DNA of 52,875 nt from the IMG/VR virus record IMGVR_UViG_3300038393_001048, positions 1 through 52,875 of that record. One strand, written 5' to 3'. The notes beneath the pieces were generated by a model. That model worked only from the letters and a program-made list of their open reading frames with translations, was not told the origin of the DNA and searched no databases. This document shows, piece after piece, positions 28,695-37,916 of this stretch; positions within the stretch are counted from its first letter, which is position 1; each line of letters starts with the position of its first letter. The translations under genes and the position numbers were made by a program. This DNA comes from a virus. Its lineage: Duplodnaviria; Caudoviricetes.

Positions 28695-29458
28695 TTCTCT
28701 TTACGCCAGTCTGGGTTGTAACCCTTCAGGGCATCGGGGATCTTCCCCTTGTCCTGCTGATAGACATTGAGCCTTTCGATCATCTTCTTGGCTGTGGTGA
28801 ACGGCACATTGGAGATGTGCTTGTAACGAAAATCACCCATGCTAATGAACTTGTTCACGTCGATGTCTAGTTCGTTGCACTTGGCATCGATGAACCGCTG
28901 TTGCGTTAGCACAATCATCCCATCCAGCCCCGCCTCCGAGACTGGTGTATCCGTCATTTCCTCGGCCGCATAGACCTTGCGGAGCTTGAGGGCCGAACAG
29001 AGGGCCCTGCCCTCCGCTTTGGTCTTGGCAGAAGAGGGGGCGAAGCGGGCAAACTTCGGCGGCGTGTTGCCGCTGTACACGTCTGCCACATCTTCAAAGA
29101 TTCGAATATCTTCTCGGTCGCCGCCCCAAGCAAAGGCGACGGAGACCTCGACGGTCGCCCTGTACCCGTTCGAATCGTTGGGGGTCTGGACCGTTCTAAC
29201 GAGCGTCCTCGTGATCGGGCCAAGCAACTTCTCAGCAACGATCCTCAAGGAGTGGGCGTATGGGTTACCCTCGGAATCGAGGTCGGTCTCGGTGAAGTGA
29301 CTAAGGACGAAGTCCTGCCAACCGGGATCGGTCGGACCAGGCTCATCGGGGATCTTCGCTTCAACGACGGGCGAGGGGTCGACGGGGACGCCCTCCTCCT
29401 CAATCTTCGCTAGGTCGATCGCCTCTTCCACCGTCTTCTTCTTCGCTACTCGGGGCAT
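28691..29458 (-). CDS. Putative Rad52/Sak-like single-strand annealing protein
   Basis: RATVEVSV.F...FEDVADV...SAKTKAEGRAL..AL.L..V.AAEEM resembles the SSAP helix motif; small helical C-terminal domain. Confidence 0.5.
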   Translation of the reverse strand: MPRVAKKKTVEEAIDLAKIEEEGVPVDPSPVVEAKIPDEPGPTDPGWQDFVLSHFTETDLDSEGNPYAHSLRIVAEKLLGPITRTLVRTVQTPNDSNGYRATVEVSVAFAWGGDREDIRIFEDVADVYSGNTPPKFARFAPSSAKTKAEGRALCSALKLRKVYAAEEMTDTPVSEAGLDGMIVLTQQRFIDAKCNELDIDVNKFISMGDFRYKHISNVPFTTAKKMIERLNVYQQDKGKIPDALKGYNPDWRKEK

Positions 29459-29714
29459 CAGTCTTCCTCAAAAGTGATTCTCGGATCTTCTGTCTCGTCG
29501 TCTCTGAACGGGTCTTGCCTTTGGTCGGATGCTGGAGCCGCCCAGTCCGAATGGCGGCAGCCATCGACTCACCCTTGTCCCGCAAGCGGAAGCCAAGGTG
29601 CTTCAACTCTCTCCTGATCTTGTTGGGGTAGGTTCCCTGCTCCTCCGCGATCTGGCATACGCTCTTCTCCATCTCCTCGTATTCAAGGGCGTAGAACTCC
29701 TTACTTCTTTGCAC
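29400..29714 (-). CDS. HTH + NUMOD3-like DNA-binding protein, possibly a truncated homing endonuclease
   Basis: KSVCQIAEEQGTYPNKIRRELK (HTH-like) and HPTKGKTRSETTRQKIRES (NUMOD3-like). Its tail overlaps the next gene by 59 nt. Confidence 0.5.
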   Translation of the reverse strand: MQRSKEFYALEYEEMEKSVCQIAEEQGTYPNKIRRELKHLGFRLRDKGESMAAAIRTGRLQHPTKGKTRSETTRQKIRESLLRKTDAPSSEEEDGGRGDRPSED

Positions 29715-30186
29715 TGGACACCGCCTTGACCAGCGAGGCCAACTCGCAGTTGGGTATGACGGCTGACACCTTCCTATTCCAGCTTCGCTCGATCTGACGG
29801 GCGTGCGAATCGCTTCGTGCGATGAGGGAGATCTTGGGGTCCGTGTAGATGTCCCTCAGCGACTCGTAGCTCCTCTCGGTGCTACGTAACCATTCGAGGT
29901 CCCACACGTAGAAGTAGCGGCCTGACGGCCCCGGAAAGTGCTTCATCTTCTCGGCGGTAACGAGGTCGGTGGCCACTGCCACCCCGCTATAATTGAAGGC
30001 TTCGCTGATATTCATCATCGCGAAGGAGGGGTTCTTCCAGGTCTTGACGACGTTCTGATAGAAGACGATGATGTCGAGGTCTTTAGACCTCTGGACGTAT
30101 TCGTGGGCTTCGCGAAGCATGTGGTAGGCTAAGTCGGTAGCACCGAGGGAGCTAACCAAGAAGCCTAATCTCGTAGGCTCACTCAA
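29701..30186 (-). CDS. Glycosyltransferase-associated protein (GT-B N-terminal-like)
   Basis: Start moved to the TTGA overlap at 30186. Motifs VAVATDL.TA...YFYVWDLEW...LIARS.SH...VIPN. Confidence 0.5.
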   Translation of the reverse strand: MSEPTRLGFLVSSLGATDLAYHMLREAHEYVQRSKDLDIIVFYQNVVKTWKNPSFAMMNISEAFNYSGVAVATDLVTAEKMKHFPGPSGRYFYVWDLEWLRSTERSYESLRDIYTDPKISLIARSDSHARQIERSWNRKVSAVIPNCELASLVKAVSSAKK

Positions 30187-30860
30187 TGGTTCATCCCCTT
30201 GCTCTTGAAGTAGTCCGTGTAGTCCATCTCCTGGTAGGAGAGGTAGGAGTACCCAGGCTTCTGAATCGCGACGTTGGGCCACACGGCATAGCACTTGTGC
30301 GTGGGATGGATGGTGTCCGCAATCACCTTATCGATCACATGATAGGGTTGAAGACGGAGCAGGGAATTGAACATCCTTCTCTTGATGCCCAAGCAGTGGG
30401 TGGTATAGGAGCCGAAGCACTGCAAGACGTTCTCACTGATGATCCCCGTCCTGGCCCACGTGTGGTTGGCCCCGTAGTAGAGGATGTCCCAGTCGTGCCC
30501 GACTAGCTGTTGGGTTGCCGATTCAACGACGTCGTCAAACTCGTCCGTGAAGACACAATCGTCTTCGACGAAGAGGATGTGCTCGACGGAGCGATCGGCC
30601 TTGGCCCTCTCGATGATCGCCTGCATACCCATGAAGTGGGCATAGGCTCCCGGCCCGTGCTGCCAGGAAGAGGGCGGGGTCGGAGAGATCTGTTGGTAGT
30701 GGGCGGGGTGGAAGATCTTCCCAAGCCCGTCCATGAAGGGCTTGATCTTCTTCGACTCAACCCCCTTCTCGATCAGCATATCGAAGATGCGATCCTGCTC
30801 TTCCTTGATGCGACGGTCCACAAAGAGGCAGTGTACCTGATCATACTCCGATAATTTCAT
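30183..30860 (-). CDS. Glycosyltransferase, GT25-like
   Basis: ILFVEDDCVF, WDILYYG, YTTHCLGI, ID...YAVWPNVAIQ motifs. Confidence 0.8.
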   Translation of the reverse strand: MKLSEYDQVHCLFVDRRIKEEQDRIFDMLIEKGVESKKIKPFMDGLGKIFHPAHYQQISPTPPSSWQHGPGAYAHFMGMQAIIERAKADRSVEHILFVEDDCVFTDEFDDVVESATQQLVGHDWDILYYGANHTWARTGIISENVLQCFGSYTTHCLGIKRRMFNSLLRLQPYHVIDKVIADTIHPTHKCYAVWPNVAIQKPGYSYLSYQEMDYTDYFKSKGMNH

Positions 30861-31656
30861 GTCGAATCTCCGCTACCTTCTTGGCTTCCTGGAATTGACC
30901 GATCTCCAAGAACATCTCACCGACCCGGTCAAAGTAAGTGTGTTCGGCGAGCACCGCTTCGCGGCCCAGTCTTTGCATCTCCTTGAGCCTCTTCGTACCC
31001 GCCGAACTCTTCCGGGTGAAGCCAGTGACCTCGCTGAGGAAGTCCTTGGGAGAGCAGCCCATCGCGATTGGCAGGTTGCCGCAAGCAACCTGATTGGAGA
31101 CGCAGGCAGTTCCACATCCGAGGATCTGATAGACCCGCTCGCTCAGGCGATTGGTGTCGCTCGACACATTGACGCAGAGCTTCGCCGACCGATAGATGGA
31201 GACTAGCGTCTCGTCGCTCACCGGCCCCAGGTAATCGTTGTAGGGCCAGGGCTCACGCCCAAAGATCTTGACGTTGGCCCAGCCACACAAGGGCTCGATG
31301 TAGGCGTCAAGCAGCTTCGCCTTGTCCTCCCTGTAGTTGCCCACGAAGGCGACGTCACAGGCAAGGCTCGGCGATGCCTCACCTTGCCCGAAGAGGAGAC
31401 AGTCAAAGGCGGGCACTGGAGCGTGCTGACGGGCGACCAGGAGTCGCTTTCGCTCGCCGATGCACTTGGAGACGGCTCGCGACCTGAGCGAGGTCTCGAT
31501 GAAGAGGTCGGGGTTCGACTCATCGAACGAGTCGAAGACAGCCCTTCCCTGCTCCATGTATTCAAACGAGTGACCGGCGAGTTCGCAAACCCGCCTCCAC
31601 CCGTTGTAGATGGCCCGGTCTCGTTCGCGGGCGACTTGGCAGAGTATTCTCATCAC
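30841..31656 (-). CDS. CgeB-like glycosyltransferase (Glyco_trans_1_2)
   Basis: CDVAFVGN, IYRSAKLCVN, ERVYQILGCG and GREAVLAEHTYFDRV motifs. Confidence 0.8.
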   Translation of the reverse strand: MMRILCQVARERDRAIYNGWRRVCELAGHSFEYMEQGRAVFDSFDESNPDLFIETSLRSRAVSKCIGERKRLLVARQHAPVPAFDCLLFGQGEASPSLACDVAFVGNYREDKAKLLDAYIEPLCGWANVKIFGREPWPYNDYLGPVSDETLVSIYRSAKLCVNVSSDTNRLSERVYQILGCGTACVSNQVACGNLPIAMGCSPKDFLSEVTGFTRKSSAGTKRLKEMQRLGREAVLAEHTYFDRVGEMFLEIGQFQEAKKVAEIRHEIIGV

Positions 31657-31693
31657 CTACCCTTAGTATAGGACATGGATTGCAAAGTGTCAC
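31656..31693 (-). promoter_or_regulatory. Sigma70-like promoter with conserved phage motif, copy 1
   Basis: Minus strand GTGACA-17 nt-TATACT. CATGTCCTATACTAAGGGTAGG is 20/22 identical to the copy at 47352-47373. Confidence 0.7.
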
Positions 31694-32394
31694 TCGATAA
31701 TCGAGCGGGCCCGCTCGATATCTTTGGAGGAGTCGATCTCGGCCACCTTGACGCCTCGGGGCTCTATGGCCCTCAGGTGCCCCCCGTTGTCGATGACCAT
31801 GTTGAGGGCCTCGTAGCCGAACCACATCCTCCTGTCGGGGTTCCAGGCCATCCGCTTGAATAGGTCAAGCTCGCGACCAGTCAAGTACATGATTTGGGAC
31901 CACTTCGTATCCAACCCATAGCTCATGTTGGTTACCCGCCCGTCCACCACGGTCGCCCCGACTTCCTCCTCACCGATCTGCCCCTTCGTATCGACGAGCA
32001 GCGAGGAGCCATTGGATGAGGCCCACGTGATGGCCTCGCTATTGAATACGAGGTCGCCGTAGATGACCAGGGCGTTCGTCGTATTGATGACTCGCAGACC
32101 CATGCCGATGCTTCGCAACACGTTGGTCTCTTCGTGTCGCTCATTCTCCACCACCTTGAGACGCATCCCGAGCGGTAGCGTACGAATGACCCGGTCGGCC
32201 TCGTAGCCGACGACGACGACAATGTCGGCCTTGGGGAAGGCGGTGCGGAGCACCCTCAACTGTCTCCCAAGTACGGTTTCATATCCCGATAGCTCGATGA
32301 GGGGCTTCGGGCCATAGCTCTTCATGCGACGGCCCATTCCCGCTGCCGGGATGATGATGCTCAGGTCGCGAGCGTTACGTTGTGATCTTCCCAT
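31690..32394 (-). CDS. Sugar-/alcohol-phosphate nucleotidyltransferase (LicC/MobA-like NTP transferase)
   Basis: IIIPAAGMGRRMKSYGPKPL signature, YGDLVF, and C-terminal EIDSSKDIERA. Confidence 0.85.
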   Translation of the reverse strand: MGRSQRNARDLSIIIPAAGMGRRMKSYGPKPLIELSGYETVLGRQLRVLRTAFPKADIVVVVGYEADRVIRTLPLGMRLKVVENERHEETNVLRSIGMGLRVINTTNALVIYGDLVFNSEAITWASSNGSSLLVDTKGQIGEEEVGATVVDGRVTNMSYGLDTKWSQIMYLTGRELDLFKRMAWNPDRRMWFGYEALNMVIDNGGHLRAIEPRGVKVAEIDSSKDIERARSIIE

Positions 32395-33091
32395 ATTTGT
32401 TGGCCACTCTTCTGTTGAAGTGATCCCACTCGGCAGCCGGAACCGAATGTGATAGGGCCCGAGTGGTAATGCACCGATGAACTAATGGTTCTGGGATGTG
32501 TAGCAAGACGTACTTCTCCACCAGCTTTCTGGCCAGGTCGTAGTCCTCAGCCACCTTCATGGTCTCGTCGAAGCCCGCCATCTCCTTGATGGCATCCCGA
32601 GAGACCACGTAGTTGCCGCCCACGATGTTGTGGGTGGCTATCGCCTCCAATGAGAAGGGCTCCTTGTGGTAGATGGAGCCGGGGGCGTAGCCCCCGTCCC
32701 TGACCATCCCACCCTTATGCACTATCTCATCGCTGTAGACGAGCCCGATCTTCGCGTAGTCCTGCTTGAGCAGGGCGACCGACTTGGAAACCTTGTTGGG
32801 TGAGTAAGAGTCGTCCGCGTCCAGGAAGGCGAAGGCGTCCGACGTTTCCCAGCACGTCTGCATCGCCCAATTCTTGCACCAGGCGGGCCCCATCCTCTGG
32901 TCGGGGATGTGGACGGCCTGGAGATCGGGATGCCGCTTCGCGGCCTCCTGGATCTTCTCCCACGAATCGTCGTCCGATCCATCATCGATCACTATCACAT
33001 TGCACGGGTAGTCTTGGGCGAAGGCACTCATGATGGCACCTTGTACCAGGTCCCCGTAGTTGTAACAGGTGATTATGATTGAGACACGCAT
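32375..33091 (-). CDS. Glycosyltransferase family 2
   Basis: Start moved to MRVSIIITCYNYG. Motifs VIDDGSDD, FLDADD and GFDE...AEDYDL. Confidence 0.9.
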   Translation of the reverse strand: MRVSIIITCYNYGDLVQGAIMSAFAQDYPCNVIVIDDGSDDDSWEKIQEAAKRHPDLQAVHIPDQRMGPAWCKNWAMQTCWETSDAFAFLDADDSYSPNKVSKSVALLKQDYAKIGLVYSDEIVHKGGMVRDGGYAPGSIYHKEPFSLEAIATHNIVGGNYVVSRDAIKEMAGFDETMKVAEDYDLARKLVEKYVLLHIPEPLVHRCITTRALSHSVPAAEWDHFNRRVANKYGKITT

Positions 33092-33921
33092 GGAAGGTCC
33101 TCGAATCGCTTGATCATGTGGTGCGTCTTCTCCTCTTCGGCCACTTCCTGGAGTTTCTCCAGCAAGTCCTTGCCGACATAGCCATTGAGGAGCTTGGTGT
33201 GCAACCGCACGTCCATAAACAGGGCGTTGCCCTGATCGTCGGGGAGCAGGGAGACGAGGCGTATCATCTCGTAATTGATGGCGTAGTTGATCACCGAGAG
33301 GTAATCGGCGGGCCATTCGTAGCCAGCACGGGCCACCCCATAGTAGGTGACATTCTTGATGCCGCTGACGGCCAAGTCGAGCGACTCGCCGAAGGTTCGC
33401 CTAGTCCCGTCCTCGTGCGGGACGATCTCCCTCACTTCCCAAGGGATGCCGATGCCCAACGCCTGGATGAGGGCCACGTAATCCTTCGTCTCGCCGGGTG
33501 CCCCGTTGAGGATGACGACGACGCTACGCGGCTTGATACTCTGCCAGGTGGTGGCACTGTGCAACGTAGACTCCATCAAATCGATGTCGCTATCGGCATC
33601 ACAATAGATGATGAGAGTGGCCCCTAGCTCGAATTCCTTGGCAACGTCATTCGGCCACTCGTGTCGGGGGTGGGCGTCCCCCCACTGCTCGGTGCGATTG
33701 GCGTTGCAGAAGCGGCCCGCGATCAGCAGGTAGCGGCGGTAGCTGTCGTCCAGCCCGACGATCTCGGCTCCGTTGGCCTCGAACTTGTCGATCCGGCCCA
33801 ACGCACAGTCTTCCTGCTCGTTGCCCACGTTCTCAGCGAAGATACAGTCTCGGCAACTTGTGCTTATGCCACCATTAGCTTCTACGACCGCGTCTAGGTC
33901 GAATGGTTCGGGTTCGGACAT
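33073..33921 (-). CDS. Hypothetical protein: Cys-rich N-terminal domain plus possible degenerate GT-A-like domain
   Basis: TSCRDCIF...C.LGR...RFCN. TLHS...QSIKPRSVVVI resembles a GT2 N-terminus, but no DXD is evident. Confidence 0.5.
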   Translation of the reverse strand: MSEPEPFDLDAVVEANGGISTSCRDCIFAENVGNEQEDCALGRIDKFEANGAEIVGLDDSYRRYLLIAGRFCNANRTEQWGDAHPRHEWPNDVAKEFELGATLIIYCDADSDIDLMESTLHSATTWQSIKPRSVVVILNGAPGETKDYVALIQALGIGIPWEVREIVPHEDGTRRTFGESLDLAVSGIKNVTYYGVARAGYEWPADYLSVINYAINYEMIRLVSLLPDDQGNALFMDVRLHTKLLNGYVGKDLLEKLQEVAEEEKTHHMIKRFEDLPCVSQS

Positions 33922-34394
33922 CAGGGTCTCCTTGCGGTTACGTGATAGGTGAAGTTCTCGCTATGCTTCTTCAGGATCTCCATTCCCTGCCCCTGCAAAG
34001 CATTGATCAGGTGTTGGAGCGTCAACGTGGCCTTCTTATACTCCCACGGGGCACGCTGGGCTCCGTAGAGGAGGAAGTTGGCGTCCGTCAAGCTTAGCTG
34101 CTGATAGATGATTGCCTTTGATACGTCGCGGATGTCGACCCCGCCAATGGTGATGGTGCCGCCATGCCTCAGCTTCTTGATCCACCCAGCAATGATCTCG
34201 TTCGTTTCCGATGATGGCATGAAGTCGATCACATTGAGGGCGACAATATCGGTCGCCTCGGCATCATCGACGTACTCATCTAGGTTGACGATATCGCCGC
34301 TCGTGCGGTCGGGATCGCCGGGAGGGGCGAAGGGGTCTATGTTCGTGTATCCCGCCCTCACCATGTTGCTATTGTAAAGCAGGTTTAACTTCAT
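33921..34394 (-). CDS. Class I SAM-methyltransferase-like protein
   Basis: KLNL...GYTNID...GDI.NLD...I.A.NVIDF...W.KKL..GG.I.I pattern. The glycine-rich motif I is degenerate. Confidence 0.65.
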   Translation of the reverse strand: MKLNLLYNSNMVRAGYTNIDPFAPPGDPDRTSGDIVNLDEYVDDAEATDIVALNVIDFMPSSETNEIIAGWIKKLRHGGTITIGGVDIRDVSKAIIYQQLSLTDANFLLYGAQRAPWEYKKATLTLQHLINALQGQGMEILKKHSENFTYHVTARRP

Positions 34395-35407
34395 ACGTTC
34401 ACCACCTTGTTGGCGGTTGATAGGAGGACTTCGTTCCAGTTCGAAATGAAACTAGCAAGCGAGTAACGATCTTCGATCGTCTGTCGGGCCCGCTTCCCCA
34501 TCTCCGAGCATAGGCCGGGGTTTGCCAGGAGCCGCTCAAGCGACCCCCTCATCTTCACCTTATCGTTGGTGATGAAGCCGTTGACCCCGTCCTCGATCAC
34601 GTTGGCCGTCATCGGGTTCTCGGTGGATACCACCGCACACCCGCACGCCATCGCTTCGAGGAGGACGGTCGGGATGGGGCTCGCCGTCGCCGTGTTGATG
34701 AAGATGGAGGACTGCTGGTAGCGGAATACGAGTTCTGCTGTGTTCTGGGCGGGCCTCGACAAGTCGGGGGTGTCTCCCACAACGTAGCAGGGAAGCCCAT
34801 CGGTGACCTCTTTCCAGAGGTAGAAGCCACAGCACCAGTCCCGGTTGATCCAGTCGTTGACGACGGCCAGGATCACCGGCCTCCGGAAGAAGGAGGGCGG
34901 GGGTGGCTGGAAGAGGTTCGTGTCAACACCGTGGTCGATGACGACACTTCCCTGCTCCTCGAAGAGCCAGGCTTGCCTCGAATAATCGCTAATGAAGACG
35001 TTCGTGTCTCCGCTCATCTGCTTCATACGAAGGGTGACTCCGTCCCCCCAATCAGGGTGTGGGAGCGTATGCTCAAGGTTGATGAGCGGGATGTGCAACT
35101 TAGATGCTAGTTGCTTGGCAATTGGAAATTGCCCCATCTTGTTCTGCGAGAGCACCAGATCATAGGCGACGTCGGGGAGCATCTGGGCTTCGCCGCCCTC
35201 GCCGTTGAGGAGGGTGTAGTTGGGGGGAACCGGGGCAAAGACCCGGTTCCAATCTTTGATGCCGGGGCCACGCCAAGCATAGAATTGGTGGCCAGTGTGT
35301 GCCAAGTTAGACTCATATCTTTCGTGGGTCGGGAAAGTGAGAATGTTCAGTGGCTCATCAGGTTGACGGCATGCTGCACGCAAGATCGAGCTTAGTATCT
35401 TAGCCAT
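34391..35407 (-). CDS. Glycosyltransferase family 4 (GT-B)
   Basis: Start moved to MAKILSS. Motifs VIDHGVDTNLF, LLEAMACGCAVVST, IEDGVNGF, MGKRARQ. Confidence 0.88.
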   Translation of the reverse strand: MAKILSSILRAACRQPDEPLNILTFPTHERYESNLAHTGHQFYAWRGPGIKDWNRVFAPVPPNYTLLNGEGGEAQMLPDVAYDLVLSQNKMGQFPIAKQLASKLHIPLINLEHTLPHPDWGDGVTLRMKQMSGDTNVFISDYSRQAWLFEEQGSVVIDHGVDTNLFQPPPPSFFRRPVILAVVNDWINRDWCCGFYLWKEVTDGLPCYVVGDTPDLSRPAQNTAELVFRYQQSSIFINTATASPIPTVLLEAMACGCAVVSTENPMTANVIEDGVNGFITNDKVKMRGSLERLLANPGLCSEMGKRARQTIEDRYSLASFISNWNEVLLSTANKVVNV

Positions 35408-35912
35408 GATCCTCTTCCGGAAAGTTGAGCCTGACGAAGTCGCCAAAGAGTTCCTTAGCTTTCTGGTCATACGCTCTGGCTGCTTCGATCTCAGTGTCGA
35501 AACGTCCTACTAAGAGAGCCTTGTAGTTATGTCCTATGCTTGCTCTCCACTTCTTACGAAACTTGTCCCATGACACCCCCTTGAAACGCGATGTGCATGT
35601 GTTAAGTGATCTCTTTCTAGCTCTTGCTATATTCTGTTGATGAGTACATGCTACGAGGTTACGTCGAGTGTTATTGAGTGGGTCGTCGTCTTGATGATCA
35701 ACGTCCACCAATGGATCTGAAACTCCAAGAATGTATCGATGTAGCAGTATCACATGATCCTTCTTGGTTTCATTATCTCGACGCTTAACCTGGACGTATC
35801 CGTTCATACCCAAGATCCAATCAAAACGTGAGACGCGATCAGCATCGATCGCGTCAATAACGGCCATTCTACCTTGTGCATGCTTGCCACGCAGTGGAAT
35901 GAGAACATCCAT
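35400..35912 (-). mobile_element. Free-standing HNH-AP2 homing endonuclease gene
   Basis: LLHRYIL...VDHQDDDPLNNTRRNL...HQQN (HNH) and SRFKGVSW...KWRASI...GRFDTEIEAARAYD (AP2). Visibly more AT-rich than its neighbours. Confidence 0.88.
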
Positions 35913-36250
35913 TACTGGGTGGGCCTGTAGACGAAGAAGAGGACGGTGACTACGCCGCTCGGGGACCAGTTGGCCCCGTAGGCATTCTCCATTGCTACCT
36001 TCAAGCCATCGAAGTTCTGGGCACTCGCATCGTGCTCCAACTTCAGGATTTCCTCAGGGATGCTCTGGAATGGGATCACCATCTTGCCGATGATCTTCCC
36101 CCTGCCAATCGCTTCCCCAGCCTCATTTTCGATGACGACATCTTTGGGAAGCTGATCGACCAGCATATCCCACTTGGAACCGTCTCGCACAGTGACATTG
36201 ACGCCGGGCTGGAAGACGGGACTCTTGAACTTGAGTGGTTCGGACATCAC
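35912..36250 (-). CDS. Hypothetical protein, ASCH/PUA-like
   Basis: G.NVTVR.G and L...MENAYG...VTVLFF resemble ASCH-like domains. Confidence 0.45.
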   Translation of the reverse strand: MMSEPLKFKSPVFQPGVNVTVRDGSKWDMLVDQLPKDVVIENEAGEAIGRGKIIGKMVIPFQSIPEEILKLEHDASAQNFDGLKVAMENAYGANWSPSGVVTVLFFVYRPTQ

Positions 36251-36786
36251 TTGTTTCTCCGTTGCAAGATTGATTGTCGGACTTCTTGGATGGTCTTCTC
36301 AATACCGTAGGAACGTAGCTCCTCAAGTTGCTGGTGGCAACGTTCGATCACGGGTAAGAGGTCTGGTTGGTTGGTAAGGACGGCACGCTGGAGGCATACA
36401 TCCTTCGGCGTATTGATTACGAAGGGACGTGCGTTGATGTCCACTTCAAGAATTCTCTTGATGCTGGGGCGGGTTGTATTCGTCCCGTCCACCAGCACAT
36501 CGTGGCCACGGGCCAGCAAGGCTTCGACCATGTAGCCGTTAATGGCCCACACCATCGGCTCCCCTTCATGACGATAGCGTTCGCCGTAGAGGGCCAGCCG
36601 GATGTCGTCGGAGCAGACGAGGGCTCTCGGGCGACCATTCAGGAGGACGGCCCTCACCCACTCGGTGGCAAACGTGGACTTGCCGCTTCGCTGCACTCCC
36701 ATCATGAAGAAGAGGTTGCCGCGACCCATCGGCTCCCCGTGGGGGAAGTTCGTCCCGTCAATCTCAATGATTTCGGTATCACTCAC
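36247..36786 (-). CDS. P-loop kinase (polynucleotide-kinase / AAA_33-like)
   Basis: GVQRSGKSTFA Walker A, CSDDIR, VLVDGTN, TPKDVCLQR. No phosphatase domain. Confidence 0.8.
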   Translation of the reverse strand: MSDTEIIEIDGTNFPHGEPMGRGNLFFMMGVQRSGKSTFATEWVRAVLLNGRPRALVCSDDIRLALYGERYRHEGEPMVWAINGYMVEALLARGHDVLVDGTNTTRPSIKRILEVDINARPFVINTPKDVCLQRAVLTNQPDLLPVIERCHQQLEELRSYGIEKTIQEVRQSILQRRNK

Positions 36787-37916
36787 TGTAACGCCTCCTT
36801 CATTAGTTTTCCGATCTTGGCAAAGCTGAAGTCGAAGGCCCGTGCGGTGCCCGCCATCGCCTTCTGCTTGCGTAGCTCAGCATTCGTATAGGCTTCCCGC
36901 ATTGCAGCACGGAGCAGGGACACTTCGATACTGTCCCACTCTTCGAACGAAGTATGCAAGTTCTGGAAGGTGTCCAACTGTGTGGCGTAGACCGCTTCGC
37001 GATGGGCGGGAACCATCCATCCGCACTCGTTGTTGAGGTACTGGCGGAATCCGCTGGAATCGGTCACGATCGGGGTCTTGCCGAGGCCCATCGCGTCGAA
37101 GGCCGGGACCGACCAGGCTTCGCCGTAGGACGGGAAGACACCACAGTCGCACGAGGCGTGCAAGCGGAGGATCTCCTCCTCGCTGAATCGACCCGCGATC
37201 ACAATCTCCTCCTTGTAATGCTCCACCTTCTCATAGATCTTCAACCCCTCCTTGATGTGCTTGCAGAAGTCAACCGTATCAGCGTGGGTCTGCTGCTCAT
37301 CCTTGTCGCCCTTCGGCGTCGTCTTGATCAGGAGGCTGACCGACTCGTTGACATCGAACTCAAGGTGGAAGGCTTTCAGGAGGGCGACCAGGTTCTTCCG
37401 CCTGACGGATTCCCCGATCGTGTAGAAGATGAAGTTACCCGCCAACCTCTTCGTGATGCTCAGTGGCTCATAGGTACGACCGTACCTCGACACGTCGCAG
37501 GGGATCGGGAGCACGGACATCGGGATTGTGACCCCGCTGTCCTTAGCCGCTTGCAGATTGTGCTCACAGCACACCCACCCCTCGTCCATGCAGTTCAACT
37601 TCTCGGGCCAGTCAGTCATGCAGAAGTGGCTTGTCTCCGCAAAGAAGAGGCCGATGTTGCGTTTGAGTCGGCCCTCGTACTCCATCTGATGCGGGAGCAC
37701 GTGCTGAATGACTGCGTCGTAGGAGCCATGTTGCTTCGACTCCAATTCAACTATGCGAGGGGGAACCTCCCCCTTCACGTCATTCAATTTGATGGGCCGA
37801 CAGACTACGTCAACGCCAGCGGCGTCGAGGGCTTGGATGTAGTTGAGAGCGGCGTGCCCCCAACCCGTTCCGTCACGATAATTCGAGATGTAAAGCACTC
37901 TAATAGGCTTAGTCAT
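36783..37916 (-). CDS. Glycosyltransferase family 4 (GT-B)
   Basis: Start moved to MTKPIRVLYI. Motifs RKNLVALLKAF and PSYGEAWSVPAFDAMGLGKTPIVT. Confidence 0.85.
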   Translation of the reverse strand: MTKPIRVLYISNYRDGTGWGHAALNYIQALDAAGVDVVCRPIKLNDVKGEVPPRIVELESKQHGSYDAVIQHVLPHQMEYEGRLKRNIGLFFAETSHFCMTDWPEKLNCMDEGWVCCEHNLQAAKDSGVTIPMSVLPIPCDVSRYGRTYEPLSITKRLAGNFIFYTIGESVRRKNLVALLKAFHLEFDVNESVSLLIKTTPKGDKDEQQTHADTVDFCKHIKEGLKIYEKVEHYKEEIVIAGRFSEEEILRLHASCDCGVFPSYGEAWSVPAFDAMGLGKTPIVTDSSGFRQYLNNECGWMVPAHREAVYATQLDTFQNLHTSFEEWDSIEVSLLRAAMREAYTNAELRKQKAMAGTARAFDFSFAKIGKLMKEALQ

